Below are positions 14,717-23,199 of a stretch of DNA of 46,573 nucleotides, one piece after another (within the stretch, counting starts at the first letter, position 1; each line of letters opens with the position of its first letter). Source of the stretch: Oscillospiraceae bacterium (lineage in GTDB: Bacteria; Bacillota; Clostridia; Oscillospirales; UBA929). The notes below the pieces were generated by a model. It was given only the letters and a program-made list of their open reading frames with translations. It had not been told where the DNA came from and did no database searches. The stretch covers positions 1 through 46,573 of the forward strand of contig JAISVY010000166.1 in assembly GCA_031271325.1 (NCBI GenBank), read 5' to 3'. A program made the position numbers and the translations under genes.

Positions 14717-16168
14717 TTAGTTAAATGCGTTGTTGATGTAGTCTTGGACGATGTTTTTCCATTTTTCGGTGAATTGGGTCGGGGTTTCGGAGCCGTTCAT
14801 GATGCCGCCGATGTAGAAGCCGTTGCCGTTTTCATCGGTCATAGCGAGGTCGTTCCACATGTCGTACTGCGCCTTTTCGCACATCTTTTTCGCGTATTCC
14901 CAGCCGCGGGTATCCGGGCCAAACAGGTCTTCCATCCAGGTCCAGTCATCGCGAAGCGACGTATCGCCGGCAAACCAGTTGGTGAAGTCGTAATAGACTC
15001 TGAAGACGATTTCGGGGTCGGGGGTTCCGACCGGGATCATCATGACGTTGCCGTTGAGGTTAACGGTTGCGCTCACGCCGCCCTGTGCTTCGGCGGTGGG
15101 ACCGGTCGGCCACGGTACGCTTCTGATGTCATAGGGGCAGTCTTCGGATTGGGAGACGCCGTAGTTTTGGGCAAGCCACGGGATGAAGATGAAGAACGCG
15201 AGATCGTTGTTGCTCCAGTCTCCGTTTTCCCAGAAGATTCCGCCTTCATCGCTCCACGCTTTGGCGACTTGGGAGATGTTGTACATGTCGTCAATGAAGT
15301 CAAAAACTTCTCTGGTGGGCGCGGAGGTAATTTCTTCGGTTTCGCCCAGAGCGATATGCGCGTTGTTGGAGATGAGAAGGTTTTCAAGGAAACGCACGTG
15401 ACCGCCGCTCCAGCCGTAGGTCGGGGTGCCGGTGGTCGTGTCGGTGCAAGCCTTCATGATGTCCATCCACGCCTGCCATGTCCATTCGCCCGCGTCGTAG
15501 AGATCCTGCGGGTTGGGCTGACCTTTGGCTTGCAGGATGTCATAGTTGAAGCCCAGCATATACATAGCGTTGGGGTTGATGGTGGGGGTTACGGAGAAGA
15601 TATAGTCTTTGTCCATGCCGCCGATGTTGATCGGGGTGAACACGTTTTTCGCTTCATCGTTGTTGAGGATGTCGTACGCGGGATCTGTCGCGTAGTCGGA
15701 GATGGGGATTGCGTAGCCGCTGGTGATCGGCATGATCATAAACTGCGTGTCGAGCGTGTAGATATCGACATCGGGAGTTCCCGCCTTCAGCGAGGTGTTG
15801 AGCGATTCCCTCGCGCCGTCAAAGGTCATGTTGACATAGTTGAAGGTGACGTTGTAGCGTTCCTCAATGGCGCGCATGTTGTCCAGCCGCATCTGACCTA
15901 CCATGGGATCGGCTTCGTCTTCGGGCATTTCGAGGGTGTTGGAGTCATACTCGCTGTCCCACCACTGCCCGATATAGATGTCGCGGGTGTTATTGTAGCG
16001 CAGGGAACTGCTGCTGTCGCCGCCGCTGCTGTCACCCGGATCGGTATTGCCCCCGGGTTCGTTGCTGCTATTGTCGTCGGTTGTGGCGCTGTTTCCGCCG
16101 CAAGCGGCGAGCAGTGTCAGCAGCATGAGCGCCGCGAGCGCGAGCGCAAAGATCTTTGAAAATTTCAC
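14717..16168 (-). CDS. Extracellular solute-binding lipoprotein (sugar-type ABC binding protein)
   Basis: GTG 16168 lies 7 nt after AGGAGG and gives VKFSKIFALALAALMLLTLLAAC (lipobox). A Ser/Asp/Gly linker is followed by an SBP-like body rich in W/Y/D/N. Confidence 0.8.
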   Translation of the reverse strand: MKFSKIFALALAALMLLTLLAACGGNSATTDDNSSNEPGGNTDPGDSSGGDSSSSLRYNNTRDIYIGQWWDSEYDSNTLEMPEDEADPMVGQMRLDNMRAIEERYNVTFNYVNMTFDGARESLNTSLKAGTPDVDIYTLDTQFMIMPITSGYAIPISDYATDPAYDILNNDEAKNVFTPINIGGMDKDYIFSVTPTINPNAMYMLGFNYDILQAKGQPNPQDLYDAGEWTWQAWMDIMKACTDTTTGTPTYGWSGGHVRFLENLLISNNAHIALGETEEITSAPTREVFDFIDDMYNISQVAKAWSDEGGIFWENGDWSNNDLAFFIFIPWLAQNYGVSQSEDCPYDIRSVPWPTGPTAEAQGGVSATVNLNGNVMMIPVGTPDPEIVFRVYYDFTNWFAGDTSLRDDWTWMEDLFGPDTRGWEYAKKMCEKAQYDMWNDLAMTDENGNGFYIGGIMNGSETPTQFTEKWKNIVQDYINNAFN

Positions 16169-16191
16169 TGTTTTGCCTCCTTTAACTATCA

Positions 16192-17985
16192 TTATTCCGC
16201 CGCCGCGTCGTCAGCGCTGAGGTTGAAGTTCGGTGTGTAGAGAACGACTTTAAACAGATCCATGTCTTTGTTGCGGTTTTGGATCCAGAAGGCGTTCAAA
16301 TTCGTATAGATGTCCTCTGCCGTACCGCCTTTGTCAATCCAGCCCTGTATCAGCGCTTCGGCGGAAATCATGTCGATACCGATCAGCGGGTCGCTGAATC
16401 CCAGCGGGTCGTTGATGGCGTCGCCGCCGCCGAATATCTCTTTGACCGATTTGTCTTCAGTCGCGTAACGCTGGACGCAGAACTGCGCGCCTTCTTCGGA
16501 GAGATAATACGCGATGATATACGCGCCGGGTACGAGCCATTCCGGCTCGAATTCGCCGACCGAGTCCGCTCCGGTTTCAGGAACGACGGTGGTATTCACG
16601 CGGAAGTTCAGTTGCCATGCGCCGACCGATTTGAACGGGGTATATTCGTCGGGGCTGATCGAGTTGTAAGGCGTTAGGTCGATATACCCGTCGTGTCCCG
16701 CGACATACGGTTTATAGCCCAGCTCCGCGGTGCGCTGACCGACCGAGAATTTGTTGACGGTCAGGTCTACGCCCCAGTCGCCGATATTCACGCAGTTGAC
16801 CCAGTCGAACGTTTCCGCGCCGGATGCCGCGACGATATCTTCATAGCGGTACTGCGCGATGTTTCCGGAGAGGTTTGTTGTGTACGGCGAAACCTTAACC
16901 CAGTTGTTTAACGCCGTTACGGACTCCGGAACTTCCGTGCCCTCCGCTCCCCAACTCTGGAAGATCAGCTCGGGCGCTTTTTCGCTCTTGTAGTATACGG
17001 TAAACACGGCTCCGGGCTGGATCACGCTGAGGTCGAGATCAAGCACCTTGCCCGCCTGCCCCCAGTTTGCGGAGGTTCCGGTAGCGCCGTCCTGCAGGAA
17101 GTCAATGGAAGCCTCTTCTTCGAGCGCGTAGAGCATTGTTCTGTCCGCGTCGCCGAATCCCTGCGGGGGAACGAAGGAGACGGTGGTGTCGGGTACCATC
17201 GGGTTACCCGCTTCGTCTTTGAACAGGATGTAATCAATGATTACGTTGTTAATGGGGCGGTCAACCGGCGGTTCCTCGGTGAACTCGGTGCCTTCTTCCG
17301 CCGCCAGTGCCTTTCTGTCGTTATAGGAGGTTGTGGCGGTCGTATTGGCGTCTTTGATCGCGTCGTAGGTCTTCGTGATGATCGCGATGTTTTTCTGACC
17401 CGGCTCAAAGAATTTGGTCAGCTCGGCGACGGTGGTTCTGGGGTTATTACGCTCGACGGCGACGCCCCACAGATACGCGGTTTCTGTCAGGTCCGCGCCC
17501 GTCCATGTGAGGATGTTGCCGGACATGGCGTAGAATCCGTCTCCGTTCGGGTTATCGGCGTAGATACGGGCTTCGATCGAGCGGATGTCGGCGACCTTAT
17601 CGCCAAACATGCTGGACACGTCAATGCCCAAATACGGCTGGCCGTTTTCCACCACATTGATTTTCAAGGCTTTCGCGCCATTGAAGTCAATGATCTCCAG
17701 CTCGGACGGGTCAGCGCCGCCCGGCGTCAGGTTGATGGCCATATAGCCCATGTTGCCGTCTGAGAAGTCGATGGCGCCTTCCGGCACGGGACCGATCTCG
17801 TTGACGACCGGGCTGGGATCCCACGACTGGTCACCACTCTCGGAGGGTACGGTATCCGCCGGAGTGGGGGAGTCGGCGGCTACGTCCGGCGTCGGGGAGG
17901 CGGCCTGTTCGCTGGCGCAAGCCGCAAACGCCATAAACATAAGCAAGGCAGCCAGGAGAATCGCGAAATGCTTTGTCTTCATCAT
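16192..17985 (-). CDS. 597-aa lipoprotein of unknown function, beta-rich with CBM-like segments
   Basis: Lipobox: MMKTKHFAILLAALLMFMAFAAC. A Pro/Ser/Thr linker follows. I recognised no catalytic motif. The start could also be the second ATG at 17982. Confidence 0.75.
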   Translation of the reverse strand: MMKTKHFAILLAALLMFMAFAACASEQAASPTPDVAADSPTPADTVPSESGDQSWDPSPVVNEIGPVPEGAIDFSDGNMGYMAINLTPGGADPSELEIIDFNGAKALKINVVENGQPYLGIDVSSMFGDKVADIRSIEARIYADNPNGDGFYAMSGNILTWTGADLTETAYLWGVAVERNNPRTTVAELTKFFEPGQKNIAIITKTYDAIKDANTTATTSYNDRKALAAEEGTEFTEEPPVDRPINNVIIDYILFKDEAGNPMVPDTTVSFVPPQGFGDADRTMLYALEEEASIDFLQDGATGTSANWGQAGKVLDLDLSVIQPGAVFTVYYKSEKAPELIFQSWGAEGTEVPESVTALNNWVKVSPYTTNLSGNIAQYRYEDIVAASGAETFDWVNCVNIGDWGVDLTVNKFSVGQRTAELGYKPYVAGHDGYIDLTPYNSISPDEYTPFKSVGAWQLNFRVNTTVVPETGADSVGEFEPEWLVPGAYIIAYYLSEEGAQFCVQRYATEDKSVKEIFGGGDAINDPLGFSDPLIGIDMISAEALIQGWIDKGGTAEDIYTNLNAFWIQNRNKDMDLFKVVLYTPNFNLSADDAAAE

Positions 17986-18030
17986 TTTCCCTCTTTCATA
18001 GAAATTGATTTGGCGCGCTGAAGAGAATTG

Positions 18031-19023
18031 CTATCCTACAATGCCTGAACGCTCCACCCCCTCGATAAACCGTCGTTGCAGAAATACATAGATGATGACC
18101 ATCGGTAAGATCATCAGCACTATACCTGCGTAGACATACAGTTGCTGTATATTCGGATCGACCACGCGGTCGCGGTTCGCGATGGTCGCGCCCAGCGTAT
18201 TCAGGCGCTTGCTCAGTACGATGTTGTCGCTTACGTTAAACGCGTTGGCGTAGAACAGATCGTTGTATTGCCACACCAAAGAGAACAGCGTTACCGTGAT
18301 GATCGAAGGAATGGCGTTGGGAATCATCACGCGCAAAAAGGTGAAGAACGTGCCGCCGCCGTCTACGAACGACGCTTCCTCGATTTCCTTCGGCAGCCCG
18401 CGGAAGAACTGATTGAAGATGTAGATATACAGACCGGAGCGCAAACCGGTACCGAAGATCGACAGCAGGTACAGCGGCACCGGTGTGGACAGCAGGTTCA
18501 CCTTTTCCCCGCCGAACAGGCTGAACAGCCACAGCGGGTCGAAATTGCGGAAGGTCATATACAGCGGCAGCATGATGGTGTGCGCCGGAAGAACGATCAT
18601 GACAATCACGCAGCCGAACAGCAGCCTCTTAAACGGGAAGTTGAAACGGGCGAACCCGTAGCCGACCATTGAGCAGATCGCGAGCTGGACAACCGTCAAA
18701 GAAACCACATAGAGCAGGTTGTTGCCCATGACGCGGAAATAATCCAGCCGCGTAATCGCCAGCTGATAACGCTCCAGCGTCGGCGTTTGCGGGATGAGGT
18801 AGACAAGCGGGCTGTACTGGTCTTCGTTGGAGAAGAACGAACTGACCACGATTCCGATCAGAGGCGAAATGATGACGTAGGCGATACCCACAATCAGTAT
18901 AAGCCGGAAAATAGACATGATGAACTTCTTGGTGGAGCGGACGATTCTGTTTCTTTCGTTGTGGAGTTGGGTGTCGCTCTTGGCTTTGACCCACAGGGAT
19001 CTCCCTTTATGGATGATATTCAA
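18031..19023 (-). CDS. Carbohydrate ABC transporter permease (MalG/LplC-like)
   Basis: EAA-loop motif EASFVDGGGTFFTFLRVMIPNAIPS and about 6 TM segments. TTG 19023 lies 8 nt after AAGGGGGG. Confidence 0.85.
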   Translation of the reverse strand: MNIIHKGRSLWVKAKSDTQLHNERNRIVRSTKKFIMSIFRLILIVGIAYVIISPLIGIVVSSFFSNEDQYSPLVYLIPQTPTLERYQLAITRLDYFRVMGNNLLYVVSLTVVQLAICSMVGYGFARFNFPFKRLLFGCVIVMIVLPAHTIMLPLYMTFRNFDPLWLFSLFGGEKVNLLSTPVPLYLLSIFGTGLRSGLYIYIFNQFFRGLPKEIEEASFVDGGGTFFTFLRVMIPNAIPSIITVTLFSLVWQYNDLFYANAFNVSDNIVLSKRLNTLGATIANRDRVVDPNIQQLYVYAGIVLMILPMVIIYVFLQRRFIEGVERSGIVG

Positions 19024-19037
19024 TGGTTCCGCCCCCC

Positions 19038-19970
19038 TTAATTCTGATAGAATGTGCGCTTAGAGACCCACAAACCGGCAATCAGCAGGATGCCGCAGAC
19101 AGAGAGCATGCTCACGAGGCTAAATACGGAGCCGAGCGAGTAGTTGTTGTCGTTGAATGTGGTTCGGTACGCCAAATCCAGCACCTGGCTGGTAATGAAC
19201 GAGTCTACGACCGTATAAACCATGTTCGTCACCAAAAGCGGCGACACCATCGGGAAGGTTACCTTCCAGAACGTCTCGTAGGGCGTCGCGCCTTCAATCT
19301 TCGCCACCTCGTAGAGCGAGGGAGAAATCGACTGCAGCGCCGCGAGGAAGATGATGATCTGCACCCCCGAGGAGGTGACAATCGTGCTGATCCGGCTGAC
19401 CGCTCCGGCGATGTAGTCCAGAATGGTCTGCGGGATCGCGTCTCCCAGCAGTCCTAAGTAGAAGTCTATGTTAAACCCGCCGCTTCCGCCGACCGCGTCC
19501 ATCACGACGGTGGAAACCGGACTGTTGCCTCCGATGATGGTACCCTGCGCGGTCGAGAGCGCCGTCGCGATTGAGGGCGAGTTCAGCAGCACCGGCAGGA
19601 AGAAGATTGCGCGCGCGACCGTTCTGCCTTTGAACTTTTGATTCAGCATCAACGCCATAAACAGCGAGAAGAAGAGAATCAGCGGCACGTCGATGATCAT
19701 GTTGCCGAGCGACTGCGTCAGGATCTGCCGGAAACTCGGATGCACGGAAAACGCTTCGTTGAAATACCTAAGCCCGGCAAAACCGGTAAACTGAAATCCT
19801 GTTTCCGTGTCGATTGAATTGCTGAGCGCGAAGCGAACGGTCATGCCGATGCTGAAAACATAGAAGATTATAAACCCGATCACAAACGGCGATATAAACA
19901 TCAGACCGCTGATCGAACGCCTTTGCACCAGCGTCAGTCCGCGCCGCTTCATTTTAACGGTGGTAGTCAT
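19038..19970 (-). CDS. Sugar ABC transporter permease (MalF/LplB-like)
   Basis: EAA-loop motif EVAKIEGATPYETFWKVTFPMVSPL and 6 TM segments. ATG 19970 overlaps the upstream stop (ATGA). Confidence 0.85.
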   Translation of the reverse strand: MTTTVKMKRRGLTLVQRRSISGLMFISPFVIGFIIFYVFSIGMTVRFALSNSIDTETGFQFTGFAGLRYFNEAFSVHPSFRQILTQSLGNMIIDVPLILFFSLFMALMLNQKFKGRTVARAIFFLPVLLNSPSIATALSTAQGTIIGGNSPVSTVVMDAVGGSGGFNIDFYLGLLGDAIPQTILDYIAGAVSRISTIVTSSGVQIIIFLAALQSISPSLYEVAKIEGATPYETFWKVTFPMVSPLLVTNMVYTVVDSFITSQVLDLAYRTTFNDNNYSLGSVFSLVSMLSVCGILLIAGLWVSKRTFYQN

Positions 19971-22555
19971 GCCGCGACCCCCTCTCTCACGGCATATCCT
20001 CTCGCGGGAACGGTTATGCCTTCATATGTCAGATCGCTGACGGTTCTGTTGACGATGATCTGCACGCCGTTGTCATAGGTGACGCACCGTAAGCCGTCCG
20101 GCGTAACCTCATGGGTTACCATCAGGCTGCCGCTGACCTTGGAGAGGACGGGATTGACCGTGTTGTAGAGGTTCACCGCCGTGTCTGTCCAGTTTTGATA
20201 GTAGGTGCTGTTGAAACGGTTCAGACCGGTGTACTTCATCTCGCTGGCTTCCTCATAGGTCAGGGTGAAGTGCGGCGAGGCTCCGTATTCCAGAAGCTGG
20301 AGTATGATACCGTCTTGGTCGTTGATGTCGCTTCGGTTGACGGCGTACCCGGCGTACGGGATGTATCCGTGCACCACCATTTGGTAGAAGGGAACCTCTT
20401 CATCGACGATGTAGCTTTCGTTGTGCGCGAGGGGGACGTTGATGATGTCGTCCGCGCCTTTGAACGCGTAAACGTTGCCGCCGGATACCATGATGTCTTT
20501 TCCTATGCCGTTGAGTCTCTCAAGCTGCGCTTCCACGATAGAGAGGGCGGATTCCCGGTCGATAAATTCGGTGCGCTTCCGGTCGGAGGTGAGCGTGTTG
20601 CCCAGATCCCGGAGCGAAACGCCGGTGATGTCATACCGCTCGATGTTTTTCACGAATGAGTCGATATAGCGCGGTAAAAACTTGGGAGACATCAGGTCGT
20701 ATACCGTTTCGACATACCCGAACGACCACGCGGCCTCATAGGAGAGCGGGTCAACCTGCCCCCACACGCCGACATAGCCGCCGCCGTAATACCGCGACGA
20801 TTCCTGCTGCCAATTGTAGTCTTTGCTGCGGAACCGCACTTCTTGGAAAACCACGTCGGCGTAGAGCTTGCCGCCCTGCGCTTCCAGCCGCGACGACAGT
20901 TCCTCCAGCTCGGCTTCGCTTCCGAGCTGCTTGATAAGCTTGATTTTGTGGGTAACGTCGTGATAATAACCCCTGTTGTGCCAGCCCTGATAATTGATGA
21001 CCTGATTTTGGATGCCCGCGTCGTTGAACAGACTGACGATCTCGCCGGCCTGCTCATAGGTCGTCATCGGGAGCATCCCCTCGTAGGGAACCGCCGCGAT
21101 GAACTTCGTGCCCATCGCCGCGCCGATCAGGTCGAGGTATAACGGCACGTCGCCGCCGCTTTCCTTTTCGGCAAGGACGCCTTCGCTCTCCAACTTCTCG
21201 CGATAGTAACGCGCCATACCGGAGTAGCCGTCGTATTCCTCGGTCAGGAACTTATAACGCACCGTGAGGTTTGCTTTGTATATGTTTTTCTCCACCATCG
21301 GCAAGTCTGCTTCCAGCCCGGTTGTGCCGAACATCGCGAGCGAAGCGCTGCCGCGTACGATGAAGATGGGGTAAACGGTATTGTAGCTGTTGGCCTTTCC
21401 GGCGATCCCGGCCGTCACCTGCGCGAACGACTGACCTTCTTCGATCACGGCAAAGACGCGCGAGTTTTGCTTTTGGATGCCGAACACCGGGAAACGCGCC
21501 ATTTCGGTGTTGCCAAAAACCATGTAGTCGTCGGACAGCATATCCTGTTCGTAGACATCCTGCCGGTAATCCTCCGCGCCGGTCTTGCCGTTGTTGAAGC
21601 GGATTAACGACCCCGCGCCGTTGGGCACCAGCATATACCCTTCTTCTTCACTGCCGCCCGCGTTGAAGTTGCGGAGCATATGGATTTTATCGACCATCGC
21701 GCCGCCGTTTTCCGTGATTTGGTCTGTCGGCACCTGAACGTCCAGCGTGTCGCCGTCCAGACGGTATTCCAGCGATACGCCGAAACTGACCGGCAGAGTG
21801 CCCTCGACCCCGGCTTCCGACATCATGACTTGCAGCTCTTCATCGGTGTAACCCGCCGCTGTCAGCGCTTCGGTCAGTCTGCGGATATTCGCCGCGCCGC
21901 GGGCGCCTTCGCGCAGCTCCAGGAACCCGTCCGGCGCCGCGGGTGATTCGATATAACGCGCTTCAAAGTTTGCGCGTTCTCTCTCGTCGGGGATTCTCGG
22001 CAATATCTCCGCCATCCGCTCCACGCCGAGGTAAATCGGAACCAGCCCCGTGGGAAGCGTCAGGTCGCCGATGCTGTAGTTGACGCGAACGCCGTTTTGG
22101 ATGCTCTCGTTGGTAAACTGTCCGCCCGCGATCGCGTATCTATAGGAGTTATAGGAACCGGGCGTACGCCTCGCCGTGAAGAAGTCTACCGTGATCGGAG
22201 ACTTGAGCAGTTCGTTGTTCAGTCCGGTCGCGAGCGGGTCGTCGTCGGGATTGGGCGGACAGACATAGGCGATCTCCCCGCTGCGTTTGTCGTAGACCGC
22301 CGCGTTGGTCGTCTCGGGGTTGAAGTACAGCTCTAAGAATTCGTTTTCGGCCGCGAGCACCATATCCGGCACGTTGCCGCCGGCACCCAGCTCTTTGAAC
22401 GGGGTGCCCTCTTCAAAGTTGCCGCCGCGCTCCTGGATATATTGCTTGTAGCCGTCGTACATCCGGAAATGCAGGTGCAGATAGAGCTGATACCCGCCGA
22501 AGATCAGTACGGCGGCACCCAGGAGAATCAGAAGCAGTTTTTTACCCAGTCTCAT
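19967..22555 (-). CDS. 862-aa N-terminally membrane-anchored extracytoplasmic protein of unknown function (resembles what databases label DUF5696; unverified)
   Basis: ATG 22555 lies after GGGGGGAG. There is a single N-terminal TM segment, KKLLLILLGAAVLIFGGYQLYL. I recognised no known catalytic motif. The C-terminal half alternates strand-like and helix-like segments (VINYQGWHNRGYYHD, LYADVVFQEV, ITGVSLRDLG, FYQMVVHGYIPY). Confidence 0.8.
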   Translation of the reverse strand: MRLGKKLLLILLGAAVLIFGGYQLYLHLHFRMYDGYKQYIQERGGNFEEGTPFKELGAGGNVPDMVLAAENEFLELYFNPETTNAAVYDKRSGEIAYVCPPNPDDDPLATGLNNELLKSPITVDFFTARRTPGSYNSYRYAIAGGQFTNESIQNGVRVNYSIGDLTLPTGLVPIYLGVERMAEILPRIPDERERANFEARYIESPAAPDGFLELREGARGAANIRRLTEALTAAGYTDEELQVMMSEAGVEGTLPVSFGVSLEYRLDGDTLDVQVPTDQITENGGAMVDKIHMLRNFNAGGSEEEGYMLVPNGAGSLIRFNNGKTGAEDYRQDVYEQDMLSDDYMVFGNTEMARFPVFGIQKQNSRVFAVIEEGQSFAQVTAGIAGKANSYNTVYPIFIVRGSASLAMFGTTGLEADLPMVEKNIYKANLTVRYKFLTEEYDGYSGMARYYREKLESEGVLAEKESGGDVPLYLDLIGAAMGTKFIAAVPYEGMLPMTTYEQAGEIVSLFNDAGIQNQVINYQGWHNRGYYHDVTHKIKLIKQLGSEAELEELSSRLEAQGGKLYADVVFQEVRFRSKDYNWQQESSRYYGGGYVGVWGQVDPLSYEAAWSFGYVETVYDLMSPKFLPRYIDSFVKNIERYDITGVSLRDLGNTLTSDRKRTEFIDRESALSIVEAQLERLNGIGKDIMVSGGNVYAFKGADDIINVPLAHNESYIVDEEVPFYQMVVHGYIPYAGYAVNRSDINDQDGIILQLLEYGASPHFTLTYEEASEMKYTGLNRFNSTYYQNWTDTAVNLYNTVNPVLSKVSGSLMVTHEVTPDGLRCVTYDNGVQIIVNRTVSDLTYEGITVPARGYAVREGVAA

Positions 22556-22566
22556 GATTCTCCCCC

Positions 22567-23199
22567 CTACGATCGGAGCGTCAGCTCTGAATATATGCCG
22601 CGGAACATTCCGGTCACTTGGTTCAGCATATCAAAGAGCAGAACCGCGAGGAAAATAACAATCAGCATGGCGACAATCGTAATGATCAGAGTAACGATGG
22701 TCTTCAGCATCGTGTAGTTGTGGATCGTCATGATGCCGAGCAGAATCAGGATCCCCGACCAGGCGAAGCCGAAACCGAGGATGATGTTGTAGAAGATCTC
22801 CTCGTTTTCGCCCAGCACGTTGGAGACGATAATCGCGGGGATATAGGTGATGATCAGCGGCATCAGCGCATATCCGGCGACGGTGAGAATATCTTTGAAA
22901 CGCCCTTCGCCTTCGCTCAGGCAGGTGACCGACCAGTTGCCGATGCTGAACAGCACGAACAGCAGCAAGATTCTTGTCAGGTCGTCGATTCCGTTGACGG
23001 TGCGCGGGTCGGTCAGGTTGACGATGAACCCCGCGAAGATGCGGTTCATGGTGAAGCAGATGCTGAACACCAGAAGGGTGATCAGGGCGAGGGGAACGCT
23101 GCCCTTCTCACGGTGGCGGATCTCGTAGAAGCTGTCGATCGGGTTGGTCAGCACGCGCCGGTAGTAGTAAAAGATTTCTTTGTTGAAAAACTTACTCAT
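22567..23199 (-). CDS. YIP1-family integral membrane protein
   Basis: 210 aa. The N-terminus MSKFFNKEIFYYYRRVLTNPIDSFYEIRHREKGSVPLALITLLV is followed by about 5 TM segments, the typical bacterial Yip1-domain layout. ATG 23199 overlaps the upstream gene by 8 nt. Confidence 0.75.
   Translation of the reverse strand: MSKFFNKEIFYYYRRVLTNPIDSFYEIRHREKGSVPLALITLLVFSICFTMNRIFAGFIVNLTDPRTVNGIDDLTRILLLFVLFSIGNWSVTCLSEGEGRFKDILTVAGYALMPLIITYIPAIIVSNVLGENEEIFYNIILGFGFAWSGILILLGIMTIHNYTMLKTIVTLIITIVAMLIVIFLAVLLFDMLNQVTGMFRGIYSELTLRS

Noticed and set aside
14645-16159. Very long antisense ORFs opposite real genes. Examples: 14645..16159 (+, 504 aa), 26748..29063 (+, 771 aa), 33560..35296 (-, 578 aa), 37934..39160 (-, 408 aa), 11447..12463 (-, 338 aa) and 35642..36811 (-, 389 aa).
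   Set aside because: Their products are Arg/Gly/Ala/His-rich and low in complexity, with no motifs, RBS or signal features. Each lies opposite a gene with clear family motifs. This is the expected shadow-ORF artefact in GC-rich DNA.
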